Source of the DNA: Desulfovibrio sp.
GTDB taxonomy: Bacteria; Desulfobacterota; Desulfovibrionia; Desulfovibrionales; Desulfovibrionaceae
Assembly: GCA_031550225.1 (NCBI GenBank)
Contig: JAVBOT010000004.1
Coordinates: forward strand, 6,107-70,106
Length of the DNA stretch: 64,000 bases
Direction of reading: 5' to 3'
A program made the translations under genes and the position numbers. Positions 27,206-37,212 of this stretch are shown piece after piece. The notes beneath the pieces are model-generated. The model saw only the letters and a program-made list of their open reading frames with translations, had not been told where the DNA came from and ran no database searches. Positions within the stretch are counted from its first letter, which is position 1, and every line of letters begins with the position of its first letter.

Positions 27206-28501
27206 TCAGCGCGGGGTGCAGGCCCAGCAGTTACGCAGGCCTTTAGCGCCGATGTCGCGGCGAAAATGGCTGTCCGCCATGCGAATATGGGCAAGGGCGT
27301 CATAGGCGCGCTTTTGGGCGGCGGCCAAATCGTCCCCGAGGGCGGTCACGCCGAGCACGCGCCCCCCGGCGGCATGGACATTTTCTCCCACCAGCCTGGT
27401 TCCCGCCTGGAATATTTTGATTTTTCCAGGGGCGCTCTCTTCAGCCCTCTGCAGGCCGGAAATATTCATGCCTGTGGGGTAGGCGCCGGGATAGCCTTTG
27501 GCGGTAACGACAACGCACAGGGCGGTTTCGTTCGTATAGCTCATCCGGACTTTGTGCAGCTCGCCCCGGGCGCAGGCCAGCATCACTTCCAGCAGGTCGC
27601 CTTCAAGGCGCATGAGCAGAGGCTGGCACTCGGGATCGCCGAAGCGCACGTTGAACTCCAGCACCTTGGGGCCTTCAGCGGTCATCATAAGGCCGGCATA
27701 AAGGATGCCTGAGTAGGGGCAGCCGCGTTTTTCCAGCACGCGCAGCATGGGGCGGAAAACCAGATCCGTTATCTCCTTATAGCGATCTTCGGGCAATACA
27801 GGCGCGGGGCTGTAAGCCCCCATACCGCCTGTATTGGGTCCGGTGTCGCCGTCGAAAACCGCTTTGTGATCCTGGGCCGAGGGAAGGGGAATGACCGTAT
27901 CTCCTTGGCAAAAAGCCAGAAAAGAGACTTCTTCCCCCAGGAGGCACTCTTCAATGACAACGCATTCACCGGCGTTGCCGAAAATTTTTTCCCGCAGCAT
28001 GGCATGTAAAGCGGCCAGGGCTTCAGCTTCGTCGCGCGCCACCACCACGCCCTTGCCGGCTGCCAGGCCGTCCGCCTTGATGACCAAAGGACAGCCCTTG
28101 GCCCGCACATGCGCGGCCGCTTCCTCATAGTCCTTAAAAACGGCGAAGGAAGCCGTGGGCACGCCGGCCTCCTCCATAATCATCTTGGCAAAAGCTTTTG
28201 AGCCTTCAAGGTTCGCCGCATAGGCGCGGGGGCCGAAGCACGGCACCCCGGCTTGCTCACAAGCGTCCACAATGCCTTTGACAAGGGGAAGTTCCGGACC
28301 GGGGATGACAAAATCAATGCGCTTTTCAGCGATGAGTTGCATCAGCATGGGGATATCGCCGTCGGAAACGGCAATATTTTCACCAAGGAGGGCGGTGCCG
28401 CCGTTGCCAGGCGCGGTAAAAATCGTAACATCATTCTGTTGACTAATTTTCCAAGCCAGAGCATGCTCTCGACCGCCCGAACCGATGATGAGAATACGCA
28501 C
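27206..28501 (-). CDS. purD: Phosphoribosylamine-glycine ligase
   Basis: [40 protein letters not shown] and [10 protein letters not shown] motifs; GTG start after GAGGGAG. Confidence 0.98.
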   Translation of the reverse strand: MRILIIGSGGREHALAWKISQQNDVTIFTAPGNGGTALLGENIAVSDGDIPMLMQLIAEKRIDFVIPGPELPLVKGIVDACEQAGVPCFGPRAYAANLEGSKAFAKMIMEEAGVPTASFAVFKDYEEAAAHVRAKGCPLVIKADGLAAGKGVVVARDEAEALAALHAMLREKIFGNAGECVVIEECLLGEEVSFLAFCQGDTVIPLPSAQDHKAVFDGDTGPNTGGMGAYSPAPVLPEDRYKEITDLVFRPMLRVLEKRGCPYSGILYAGLMMTAEGPKVLEFNVRFGDPECQPLLMRLEGDLLEVMLACARGELHKVRMSYTNETALCVVVTAKGYPGAYPTGMNISGLQRAEESAPGKIKIFQAGTRLVGENVHAAGGRVLGVTALGDDLAAAQKRAYDALAHIRMADSHFRRDIGAKGLRNCWACTPR

Positions 28502-28814
28502 CTTGTTGCTCTCCCTCACTGTTTACAGTTACAGAACATACGCGCTGTTTGCGGGAGGCGAGCCCGCGCTTGCTGGCGCGTTGCCGGTCCCGCTCTGACA
28601 AGCGTTTGCGCGTTTGCGCTTTTGCGGTAAAGCCTGCGCCGGATGACAGTTTAGCGGAATCAGCAAAAATAGCAACGCGGGAAATGCCGACACCGGGCAG
28701 TGGCCCCGGTGCGCCTTTCCCCTTGGCTGACGCCTTGTGGAGGGCAGCTTTCCCCCGCCTTAAGTGTAGCGCGCGTATGCGCTCTACACCCGGAAACGCA
28801 TACAGGAGAACCCC

Positions 28815-30095
28815 ATGTACCGCTTTATCCCCCAATATGATCCTGAACAGTTGCGTGAAATTCAGGAGAACGGCCTGCGCTGGACAGTGCTGCACGCCTA
28901 TGCCCGTAGCCCGCAATACCGGGCCAAGCTCCGGCAGGCTGGGGTGGAGCCTTGCGCAGTGCAAGGATTACAGGATTTGCGCTCCTTGCCCTTTACCACG
29001 GCTGAGGATCTGCGCGAAGGCTACCCCTTGCCCCTGCTCTCAGTGCCGGAGCCTGAGGTGGTGCGCGTGCATGCTTCAAGCGGAACCACAGGCAAGCGTA
29101 AAATACTCGCCTATACCCGGAAAGACGTGGACATGTTCGCCCTGCAAATGGCGCGCTGTTTTGAAATGGCCGGGCTCACTCCCCGTGATCGGGTGCAAAT
29201 AGCCGTGGGCTATGGCTTGTGGACGGCCGGAGCCGGATTTCAGCTTGGTTGCGAACGCTTCGGCGCGCTTACCGTGCCTGTGGGAGCGGGAAATTTGGAA
29301 CTGCATCTGCAGATGCTTACGGATCTCGGCACGACCTGCCTTTGCAGCACCGCATCCATGGCTTTGCTTTTAGGGGAAGAAGTTCACCGCCACGGCATTG
29401 CCGAACAGATAAAGCTGCGCACGGTAATTTTTGGTGCGGAGGCGCATAACGCGAAGATGCGGCGTACCTTTGAACAGAGTCTTGGCATTGAAGAAAGTTT
29501 CGACATCGGCGGCATGACGGAAATGTACGGCCCGGGCTCGGCCCTGGAATGCCGCGTCCATGAAGGCCTGCACTATTGGGGAGATATCTTCCTTATTGAG
29601 ATTCTTGACCCAAAAACTCTTGAGCCTGTGCCGCCAGGAGAAATCGGCGAAATGGTGGTCACAAGTTTGTGCAAAGAGGCCAGCCCGATAATCCGCTACC
29701 GCACGCGGGATCTCTCCCGGGCCATAGACGCCCCTTGTCCCTGCGGGTGTTCCATGCCTCGGCACGATCATATTCTGGGCCGCTCGGACGACATGATCAT
29801 TTTTCGCGGCGTCAACATCTATCCCGGCCAGGTATCCGACGTGCTGCAGGAGTTCCCGGAACTTGGCTCGGAGTACCACATTCTGCTCAGGCGGGAAAAG
29901 GGGCGTGATTTTATGCGGTTGCAGGTGGAGCGGGCAAAAGGCGCGCGCGCCGGCGTGGATGAGCGCCTCGCTGCCACACTGGCTCAACGGCTGCACGCCA
30001 AGGTGCTGATCAGCGCTGAAGTGGAGATAGTTGATCCGGGAGCGCTGCCCCGTTCTTTCGGCAAGGCGCGCAGGGTCACGGACTCCAGGCTGTAA
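28815..30095 (+). CDS. paaK: Phenylacetate-CoA ligase family protein
   Basis: HASSGTTG, GYGLWTAG, GMTEMYGPG, RYRTRD and GRSDDMII.RGVNIYP motifs. Confidence 0.88.
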   Translation: MYRFIPQYDPEQLREIQENGLRWTVLHAYARSPQYRAKLRQAGVEPCAVQGLQDLRSLPFTTAEDLREGYPLPLLSVPEPEVVRVHASSGTTGKRKILAYTRKDVDMFALQMARCFEMAGLTPRDRVQIAVGYGLWTAGAGFQLGCERFGALTVPVGAGNLELHLQMLTDLGTTCLCSTASMALLLGEEVHRHGIAEQIKLRTVIFGAEAHNAKMRRTFEQSLGIEESFDIGGMTEMYGPGSALECRVHEGLHYWGDIFLIEILDPKTLEPVPPGEIGEMVVTSLCKEASPIIRYRTRDLSRAIDAPCPCGCSMPRHDHILGRSDDMIIFRGVNIYPGQVSDVLQEFPELGSEYHILLRREKGRDFMRLQVERAKGARAGVDERLAATLAQRLHAKVLISAEVEIVDPGALPRSFGKARRVTDSRL

Positions 30096-30101
30096 GAGCC
30101 C

Positions 30102-30782
30102 TCAGCGTCTGGCCGCAACCGCCAAAATTACGCCAAGAACAATGCCCAGCAGCGCGGCGAAAAGCACCTGGAAGTGCGGGGGCAGCATAAAGGTGATGGT
30201 GTGGGCCGGTATCCAGAAAAAGGGCAGCGTTTTCTTAAAAACAAAGCCCCAGAGGGAAGCCCATTGAATTTCCCGTAAATGGCGGGTGACGTCGATGGGA
30301 GTAAAAAAGCCCCTCATAGAGCCGCCCGTGAGCAAGATGTGGGCGTCGGTGACTTTGTGCAAGGTCATAAACACCGGAGCGAAAATGGTGTTTATGGTCA
30401 CGCTGACGAACAGGGACGTGAGCAGCTTGAGTCCAAAGGGGCCGTTTTGCAGCACGGCCGGAGGCAGAGCCACGCCTATTTCCGCCAGCGCCCTGGGTGC
30501 GCCGGTGGCAAAAATGGTAAAGGCCAGCTTAATGCCCATGCCGAGCAGGCCCCAGACAAAAGCTCGCGGCAATATGCCGAAGCCGGGCTTGTTGTAAACT
30601 CCGGTCACGATGCGCAGGCCGATGCATTCCCCAAAGGTGGAGAGCAGGGCGAACTTGGCGAAGCTCATAAGGTAGGGAAACCGTCCGGTCAGGGAGATAA
30701 AGCCGTCCATGGCGCCGGGTACGCAAAAAAGGGCGAGGCCGGCAAAGACGGCGGCGGCGGCCAGATAGTCGCTTTTACGCAT
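30102..30782 (-). CDS. Mpv17/PMP22-like membrane protein
   Basis: Multiple TM helices; KFA.L.T.GE, FAPVFM..HK.TD and FFWIPAHTITF.LP..FQVL motifs. Confidence 0.72.
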   Translation of the reverse strand: MRKSDYLAAAAVFAGLALFCVPGAMDGFISLTGRFPYLMSFAKFALLSTFGECIGLRIVTGVYNKPGFGILPRAFVWGLLGMGIKLAFTIFATGAPRALAEIGVALPPAVLQNGPFGLKLLTSLFVSVTINTIFAPVFMTLHKVTDAHILLTGGSMRGFFTPIDVTRHLREIQWASLWGFVFKKTLPFFWIPAHTITFMLPPHFQVLFAALLGIVLGVILAVAARR

Positions 30783-31015
30783 GAAGCTCCTCCCTGCAAG
30801 GCTAGGCGTGGGGTGATCAAGAAGTCGTTTTCAAAATCATTTCCGGAAGATGGCCCTCCCGTGTCTTTCGCGGCATTTTTCGCCGCTCTTGTTTGCACAT
30901 GTATGCCATTCGCGCGGCCATTTCAATAGCGGGTAAAGCGGGACGACGGCCCATTTTGCCGTGCGGTCCCTTATCGGGCGGTGCGCAGTTTCGGGGTGGT
31001 GAGGCGCGGTCGCTA

Positions 31016-31093
31016 CGGCGCTTGACGGCGGCAATGAATGCCGCCCGCGCCCGCGCGGCGGGTGTTGACAAAAACGACCTTGCCGAGAGCCTC
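31016..31093 (+). repeat. Family C (mosaic) repeat core
   Basis: CGGCGCTTGACGGCGGCAATGAATGCCGCC...GTTGACAAAAACGACCTTGCCGAGAGCCTC matches 42858-42932. Confidence 0.7.
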
Positions 31094-31175
31094 GATTCCT
31101 TGAAGTATGGACTGAATTGTAAAAAAGCTAAGAATTAAAGTCGATTGAATAGGGGTTGCTGAAGATGTAATTTTT

Positions 31176-32204
31176 ATGTATATTTTTAGTATGCGTGTTA
31201 AAAATATTTCCCGGCGCGCCCTGTTGCAGGATGGTTGCCCATTGACGCCCAACGGTCCCAGGTCGGCGGCATTAACGGTTTTGCCCGTAATGCTGCTTTT
31301 GCTGTTCGTTGCCGGATGCGCCCAAAAACAGGTGGCGCCTCCGGTTCCTCCTGTCCAGGCTGCCCCTTCTGTTGCGGAGCCGGCAAGGAACGACGTCGTC
31401 ACCGCGGCCCGCTCCAATATCGGAGTGCCGTACCGGTATGGCGGCACATCGCCGGAAACGGGTTTTGACTGTTCCGGCCTTGTGTGTTGGTCCTACGAGC
31501 AGGTGGGCGTTCAGGTGCCGAGGCGCGCCCGGGATCAGCTCACTGCCGGCACGCTGGTAAAGAATAAAGAAGAACTGCAGCCGGGGGATATTGTGGTTTT
31601 TAAGGATTCGAGGAGCCGTTCCGGCTGGCATGCGGGCATTTACTCCGGTAACAGCAGGTTTGTGCATAGCCCCACGGCCGGCAAGGCCGTGATGGAAAGC
31701 AGCCTGGAAGAGGCGTATTTCGCGCGGCGCTATGTGGGAGCAAGCCGGATCGCGCGCAGTGGGGACACTACAGGGCTTTTAGCCGCCTTGCACGCGCAGC
31801 AGCAGACGGGACGTTCCGATCTTGAGGAAAGGATTGCGCAGGTCAACGCTGAGGCGCAGGAGCGTTCGCAAGCGCTCTCGGCCCGGGCGAAAAGTCCTGG
31901 GGCAAGCCGGCAAGCGATAAAAAAAACCGGCAAAAAAAACACAATGGTTGCTAAGGCCGGCAAAGCGGACAAAACCTCCAAAGCCGCGCTGCGCGCCGGC
32001 AAGGAGAAAAAAACTTCCAAGGCCGCGCTGAAGGCCGATAAAGCCAAACAGCAAAAAGGCTCCAAGGGAACCTTGAAGACGGACAAGGAAAAGCAAAAAA
32101 GCACGAAAACGAGCGCGCGCACTCCGGCCCGGGAAAAGAACTCCGGAGCGGCTCTGCATAGCGGCATGACGAAAATGGCGTTGTGGACTTTAGCGATGCG
32201 CTAG
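31176..32204 (+). CDS. NlpC/P60 cell-wall endopeptidase lipoprotein with Lys-rich tail (true start probably downstream, near 31290)
   Basis: Lipobox VAGC; G.PY.YGG..P..GFDCSG, PGDIVVF and HAGIY.G..RFVH motifs. Confidence 0.9.
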   Translation: MYIFSMRVKNISRRALLQDGCPLTPNGPRSAALTVLPVMLLLLFVAGCAQKQVAPPVPPVQAAPSVAEPARNDVVTAARSNIGVPYRYGGTSPETGFDCSGLVCWSYEQVGVQVPRRARDQLTAGTLVKNKEELQPGDIVVFKDSRSRSGWHAGIYSGNSRFVHSPTAGKAVMESSLEEAYFARRYVGASRIARSGDTTGLLAALHAQQQTGRSDLEERIAQVNAEAQERSQALSARAKSPGASRQAIKKTGKKNTMVAKAGKADKTSKAALRAGKEKKTSKAALKADKAKQQKGSKGTLKTDKEKQKSTKTSARTPAREKNSGAALHSGMTKMALWTLAMR

Positions 32205-32279
32205 GGCCGCGTGAGGAAAAATTTTATTCTCTGCCAAGGCCTGGCGGGCAATAATGTTACGCGAAAACGTTTCGCGGCG

Positions 32280-32316
32280 GCAAGCTGAAAACAGTGCTTT
32301 TCAGCTTGCGTTTTTT
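32280..32316 (+). terminator. Intrinsic terminator
   Basis: GCAAGCTGAAAA-6 nt-TTTTCAGCTTGC followed by T6. Confidence 0.75.
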
Positions 32317-32408
32317 GCGGCAAAGTGCCGTTATTGCGCCGTCCCCCGTCAAGGTCACGATCTATAGGTGGAACGTCTCTTCCGAAAATCGGATATAAAG
32401 GATCTCCC

Positions 32409-33944
32409 ATGTTTGACAGCCTTTCAGACAGACTCAGCGGAGTTTTTCGCAAGTTCAGCGGTCGCGCGCGCCTTGATGATTCCAACATCCAGGAAGGGCT
32501 GCGCGAAGTTCGGGTGGCCCTGCTGGAAGCGGATGTTAACTTCAAGGTTGTCAAAGAGTTTATCGATACAGTGCGTGAGCGATGCCTCGGGCTTGAGGTG
32601 GCGAAAAATCTGAACCCGGCGCAGCAGGTGGTGAAGATTGTTCACGAAGAGCTGGTGCGGTTGCTTGGCGGTGAAGCTTCGGGGCTGCATCTGTCCGGAC
32701 GTCCTCCCCACATCATTATGATGGTGGGCTTGCAAGGATCGGGTAAAACCACATCGGCGGGCAAGCTCGCTCACTGGCTGCATGAACAGAAGCATAAGCC
32801 CTATTTCGTCCCGGCGGACATTTACCGCCCCGCGGCCATAGAGCAATTGGCAACCCTTGCCGAGCGCCTCGGCATGCCCTGCTATCCTTCAACCACGTTG
32901 ATGAATCCTGTTGATATTGCGGAAAAAGCGCTGGCGGAAGCGGAAGCGGCCGGCTGCGACGTGGTGCTTATTGATACGGCGGGCCGCCTGCATATTGATG
33001 AAGCGCTGATGCGGGAACTGGTTCTTATCAAAGAGCGGGTGAGCCCGGCGGAAATACTGTTCGTGGCTGACGCCATGACCGGCCAGGATGCTGTGACCGT
33101 GGCCGAAGCCTTTGATAAGGCGCTGGATATCACGGGCGTGGTTCTGACGAAAATGGACGGCGACGCGCGCGGCGGCGCCGCGTTGTCCATCAAATCCGTG
33201 ACCGGCAAAAGCATCAAGTTTGTGGGCATGGGGGAAAAGATCAGCGAATTGGAGCCTTTTTTCCCGGATCGGGTGGCCGGTCGGATTTTGGGCATGGGGG
33301 ATATGCTCACCCTCATTGAGAAAGCGCAGGCCAGCATTGAGGCGGAGGAGGCCGAAGAACTGGCGCGGAAGTTTCAGAAGGCTGAATTTAACTTTGAGGA
33401 CTTCCGCACGCAAATGCGGCGGATGAAAAAATTGGGTTCTTTGGAATCATTGCTGAAACTTATTCCCGGCATGGGGGGCATTCGGCAGAAATTGGGCAAT
33501 TTGTCCGTGCCGGAAAAAGAGATGGGCCGGGTCGAGGCGATCATCAACTCCATGACCAGGCAGGAGCGCTTGAATCCTAAGATTATCAATGCCGGGCGTA
33601 AGCAGCGCATTGCGAACGGGAGCGGGGTGACTGTGGCCCAGGTTAATCAGCTCCTTAAGCAATTTGAAGGAATGCGCGGCATGATGCAGCGCCTCACGGG
33701 CGGGGGGGGGAAAATGCCCAAAGGCATGCCCGGGATTGGCGGCAGAATGCCGCGCATCCCTTCCGGCATGAACCTTCCCGGCGGTATGGGCTTGCCCGGC
33801 ATGGACGGCATGCCTGCCATGGGTGAAGGCGCGCCCGGCCAGGGCGCCTATGCCGGGGGCGGCGCTTTTTCCGATGAAGAGCAAAAGAAGCTGCGCCAAA
33901 AACGTAAAGAAGAGCGGCAACGCAAAAAAAAGGCGCGCAAATGA
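32409..33944 (+). CDS. ffh: Signal recognition particle protein Ffh
   Basis: MFDSLSDRL, GLQGSGKTT, DTAGR, TKMDGDARGG and M-domain with IINSMT..ER. Confidence 0.98.
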   Translation: MFDSLSDRLSGVFRKFSGRARLDDSNIQEGLREVRVALLEADVNFKVVKEFIDTVRERCLGLEVAKNLNPAQQVVKIVHEELVRLLGGEASGLHLSGRPPHIIMMVGLQGSGKTTSAGKLAHWLHEQKHKPYFVPADIYRPAAIEQLATLAERLGMPCYPSTTLMNPVDIAEKALAEAEAAGCDVVLIDTAGRLHIDEALMRELVLIKERVSPAEILFVADAMTGQDAVTVAEAFDKALDITGVVLTKMDGDARGGAALSIKSVTGKSIKFVGMGEKISELEPFFPDRVAGRILGMGDMLTLIEKAQASIEAEEAEELARKFQKAEFNFEDFRTQMRRMKKLGSLESLLKLIPGMGGIRQKLGNLSVPEKEMGRVEAIINSMTRQERLNPKIINAGRKQRIANGSGVTVAQVNQLLKQFEGMRGMMQRLTGGGGKMPKGMPGIGGRMPRIPSGMNLPGGMGLPGMDGMPAMGEGAPGQGAYAGGGAFSDEEQKKLRQKRKEERQRKKKARK

Positions 33945-33952
33945 AGCGGAGC

Positions 33953-33986
33953 CCTTGCTCCGTCTCTGAGGGAGCAAGGATTTTTT
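33953..33986 (+). terminator. Intrinsic terminator after ffh
   Basis: CCTTGCTCC/GGAGCAAGG stem followed by T6. Confidence 0.75.
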
Positions 33987-34144
33987 ATGATGAATTTAGT
34001 TGGTTGCACTGAATGAGTAGAGCCGGGGGCACGGGCTCTTTTCCGCCTTTTACGGTTTTTGCTTGCAAAGATGCGTAAAATAGGCAAAGACCTGCTTGCC
34101 CTTTTTTATAACACCGTTTACTTTCTTGAGCATGGGAGATAACA

Positions 34145-34384
34145 ATGGCAGTTAAGCTGAGACTGACGCGTACAGGTTGCAAAAAACGTCCTTTTTACCG
34201 CGTGGTGGCGGTGAACTCCACTTCGCGGCGTGATGGTCGCCCTCTGGATTTTCTTGGCTGGTATAACCCGTTGACGAATCCGGCCAAAGTCGACATCGAC
34301 CAGGATAAAGTCAAAAAATGGCTGGAACTTGGGGCAGAGCCTTCTGATACCGTGCGCAGCCTGCTGAAAACACTCCAAAGCTGA
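34145..34384 (+). CDS. rpsP: 30S ribosomal protein S16
   Basis: [19 protein letters not shown]...RRDGR...LG.YNP. Confidence 0.98.
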   Translation: MAVKLRLTRTGCKKRPFYRVVAVNSTSRRDGRPLDFLGWYNPLTNPAKVDIDQDKVKKWLELGAEPSDTVRSLLKTLQS

Positions 34385-34717
34385 ACGGCTTTGGCGCCCA
34401 AAGCGGCGGAGTTTACTGCTTTTATAGCGGCGCTTTGTCTTTTGCGGTGGTTTGATTGCGTAAGCCTAGGAGCGAGGATGCGAAGTTGCTCTTGTTCCTG
34501 GGTCAGCCAAGGCGGTTGCGAGGGCGGCCCTTGGTCGGGCGTGAAGGCGCGGTGTTGTGCCGTGAGCCGGCTTTGACCTTGAAGAGCCGGGTTGAGCGCG
34601 TCAGCAGCTGTCTGTATACCAGGAGAGAAGTCCATGAGTGAATTCTCCCGGGCGGTGCCGGATAGTTCCGGCAGGCTGCTTCAAAGCCGAATTGTTCCAT
34701 AACGCAAGAGGTGCCGC

Positions 34718-34951
34718 ATGCTGAAAGAACTGATCGAATACATTGCAAAGTCGTTGGTGGACAAGCCTGAAGAAGTGCAGGTCACGGAAGTGGGCGGCGA
34801 ACAGACTGTTGTGTACGAACTGCGCGTTGCTAAGGATGATCTGGGCAAAGTCATAGGCAAGCAAGGGCGTACGGCCAGAGCCATACGCACGCTGCTTGGG
34901 GCGGCGTCCACAAAACTGAAAAAGCGTTCCGTCTTGGAAATTCTTGAGTAG
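34718..34951 (+). CDS. khpA: KH-domain RNA-binding protein KhpA
   Basis: [17 protein letters not shown]; conserved position between rpsP and rimM. Confidence 0.95.
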   Translation: MLKELIEYIAKSLVDKPEEVQVTEVGGEQTVVYELRVAKDDLGKVIGKQGRTARAIRTLLGAASTKLKKRSVLEILE

Positions 34952-34955
34952 CTGT

Positions 34956-34987
34956 CGGGAGGAGCTTCTCCTCCCGCTGGCCTTTTT
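34956..34987 (+). terminator. Hairpin after khpA (terminator or stabiliser)
   Basis: CGGGAGGAG-CTT-CTCCTCCCG with a delayed T-run. Confidence 0.45.
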
Positions 34988-35120
34988 CCGCGGATTTTCG
35001 TGCACGGTTGTCCGGGCCGTGCCGGACCCTAGAGACTTTCACGTTTGAGATGCCCACTTAACGGCGGGCAAACCCTCTCCACGAGCATCTCACGAGTGAA
35101 ATGCCCCAGCATCCTGAACC

Positions 35121-35717
35121 GTGCGGGCTTGCATTGTGTCTTTTGGTAACTCCACTCCATCACTTGTCTTGGGACAGCAACTTGTCTCGGTCGGGTATCT
35201 GAGCAGAGCGCATGGCGTACGTGGCGAGCTGACGTTGATCCTTGAGACCGAGTCGCCGGAGTTGCTTGAACGAGGCATTTTTTTGCGCCCCCGGCATGGG
35301 GGGGAAGCGCGGCCCTATGCCGTGCGCGGTCTGCGCAGGCACCACGGTTCGTTTTTGCTGTCTTTGCACGGGGTGGAAACCCGCACTCAGGCGGAGCTCT
35401 TGCGTTCGCACAGTGTGCTTGTGCCGGAAAGCAGCTTGCCTCTTTTGGAAAAAGACGAGATCTATGTGAAAGATCTGCCCGGGCTGCACGTTTTTGTGCT
35501 GGAACCGGAGCAGGCGACGGAGAGCGGGCGCGAAATCGGCGTCATAGCGTCCGTGGCTTCCCCGGCAGGGCAGGATATCTGGACCATCATCACCCCTGAC
35601 GGGCATGAGATTCTCTTCCCGGCGGTGGAGCAGTTTGTGCATTCCATTGAGCCGGAAAATGGCCGCGCCTATATTGTTCCGCCTCCGGGGCTGCTCGAAC
35701 TGTATTTGGCTTCATGA
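35121..35717 (+). CDS. rimM: 16S rRNA processing protein RimM (start uncertain)
   Basis: VG...RAHGVRGE, R..AE.LR, E.Y..DL.G and EIL.PAV..FV motifs; synteny. Confidence 0.92.
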   Translation: MRACIVSFGNSTPSLVLGQQLVSVGYLSRAHGVRGELTLILETESPELLERGIFLRPRHGGEARPYAVRGLRRHHGSFLLSLHGVETRTQAELLRSHSVLVPESSLPLLEKDEIYVKDLPGLHVFVLEPEQATESGREIGVIASVASPAGQDIWTIITPDGHEILFPAVEQFVHSIEPENGRAYIVPPPGLLELYLAS

Positions 35718-37108
35718 GCCAAAGCGACAGGTCTGGAAAAATCGCCATGCGTATCCATATTATCACCTTGTTTCCGGAATACTTCACCGGGCCGCTTGAA
35801 TGCGGGCTGATGCGGCGCGCGCAAGAGGCGGGCTTGATCCGTTTTTTTTTCCATAATCCGCGCGGCGCGGCGGAAGATAAGCGCGGGACTGTGGATGACC
35901 GCCCCTATGGGGGGGGGCCGGGCATGGTTATGCTGGCAGGGCCGGTATGCACGCTTCTGCGGGAGCTCGGGTTTAAGCCGCGCGGGGAAACGCAGCCGGG
36001 GCGTCTGATCCTGCTTTCTCCCGGCGGAAAACCCTTCACGCAGCAATTGGCGCGTGAACTGGCGCGGGTCGCTCTTGTGGAGGAGCCGCTGTGCGCGCAT
36101 GGCCGCCCGGATAACGAAGAACCTATGCTCACGCTCATTTGCGCCCGCTATGAAGGTTTGGATGCACGCATTGAGGAGCTGTTTCCGGTGGACAGCCTCA
36201 GCGTGGGAGATTTTGTGCTCAACGGGGGTGAGGCCGGCGCCGTGTGCCTGATTGAGGCCGTGGCCCGGCTGTTGCCGGGCTTTATGGGGCATGAGGAATC
36301 AGGCAGTGAAGAGAGTTTCTCCGCTGGGCTGCTGGAGTACCCGCACTACACACGGCCGGAGCATTTTGAAGGTTTGCCCGTGCCCGAGCCTTTGCTTTCG
36401 GGCGATCATGGGCGCATTGCTCGCTGGCGGCGCCAGGCTTCCCTTGCGCGAACGTTGTGCTTTCGTCCGGAATTGCTGGCCGATGCGCCTCTCAGCGGTG
36501 AAGATCGCGAGTTTTTGCGCCAACTGCGCATTGAGCGCCCGGGAAGAAATCTCTATTGCGCTTTGGTGCATCATCCTGTTTTAGATAAAGCGCAAAATTC
36601 CGTGGCTGTGTCTTTGACAAACCTCGACATTCACGATATAGCCCGCAGTTCGTGCGCGTACGGCCTTGGCGCGTACTATGTGCTTACACCATTGGCGGAC
36701 CAGCGTCGATTGCTCCAAAGTATTTTGGATCATTGGACAAAAGGGCCGGGAAAAGACGGCAATCCATCCAGAGGCGAAGCTTTGAAGATGGTGAGAGCCG
36801 GCGCTTGTGTGGAAGAAGCCATTGCCGATATCGAAGCCTCCAGCGGGCAAAAACCGTTGGTTTTGGGCACCACGGCGCGCGGGAGCATGGGCGGTTTGCC
36901 CTGTGTCCCTTTTGCACGGATTGGCGAAATTTTACGAAGCCGGCCTGTGCTGTTGCTTCTAGGCACAGGGCACGGGCTTGCGCCGCAAGTGCATAGTCTG
37001 TGCGAAGGCGTTGCGCCTCCCTTGCGCTGGCTGGGAGGGTATAACCATCTTTCTGTGCGTTCCGCTTTGGCCGTGCTGCTGGATAGAATTTTGGGAGACT
37101 GGCGCTGA
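35714..37108 (+). CDS. trmD: tRNA (m1G37) methyltransferase TrmD fused to a C-terminal second SPOUT methyltransferase domain
   Basis: TLFPE, VDDRPYGGGPGMV, RYEG.D.R, GDFVL.GGE and LLEYPHYTRP. C-terminal ALVHHPV, TNLDIHDIAR, GTGHGL and YNHLSVRSA. Confidence 0.95.
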   Translation: MSQSDRSGKIAMRIHIITLFPEYFTGPLECGLMRRAQEAGLIRFFFHNPRGAAEDKRGTVDDRPYGGGPGMVMLAGPVCTLLRELGFKPRGETQPGRLILLSPGGKPFTQQLARELARVALVEEPLCAHGRPDNEEPMLTLICARYEGLDARIEELFPVDSLSVGDFVLNGGEAGAVCLIEAVARLLPGFMGHEESGSEESFSAGLLEYPHYTRPEHFEGLPVPEPLLSGDHGRIARWRRQASLARTLCFRPELLADAPLSGEDREFLRQLRIERPGRNLYCALVHHPVLDKAQNSVAVSLTNLDIHDIARSSCAYGLGAYYVLTPLADQRRLLQSILDHWTKGPGKDGNPSRGEALKMVRAGACVEEAIADIEASSGQKPLVLGTTARGSMGGLPCVPFARIGEILRSRPVLLLLGTGHGLAPQVHSLCEGVAPPLRWLGGYNHLSVRSALAVLLDRILGDWR

Positions 37109-37212
37109 AAGTTTATTTGGAGAGTATTGCGTAAGGGTATTTTTGGATGCCTTTTGCCGTATCGTGAAAGCTGAACGCGCGAGGCGCGGATTTGGAGAGA
37201 GCAGGAGAAGAT

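Noticed and set aside
33702-35917. G9 in ffh and T9/G-run in trmD as phase-variation tracts
   Set aside because: They are in frame in essential genes and encode Gly/Phe runs.
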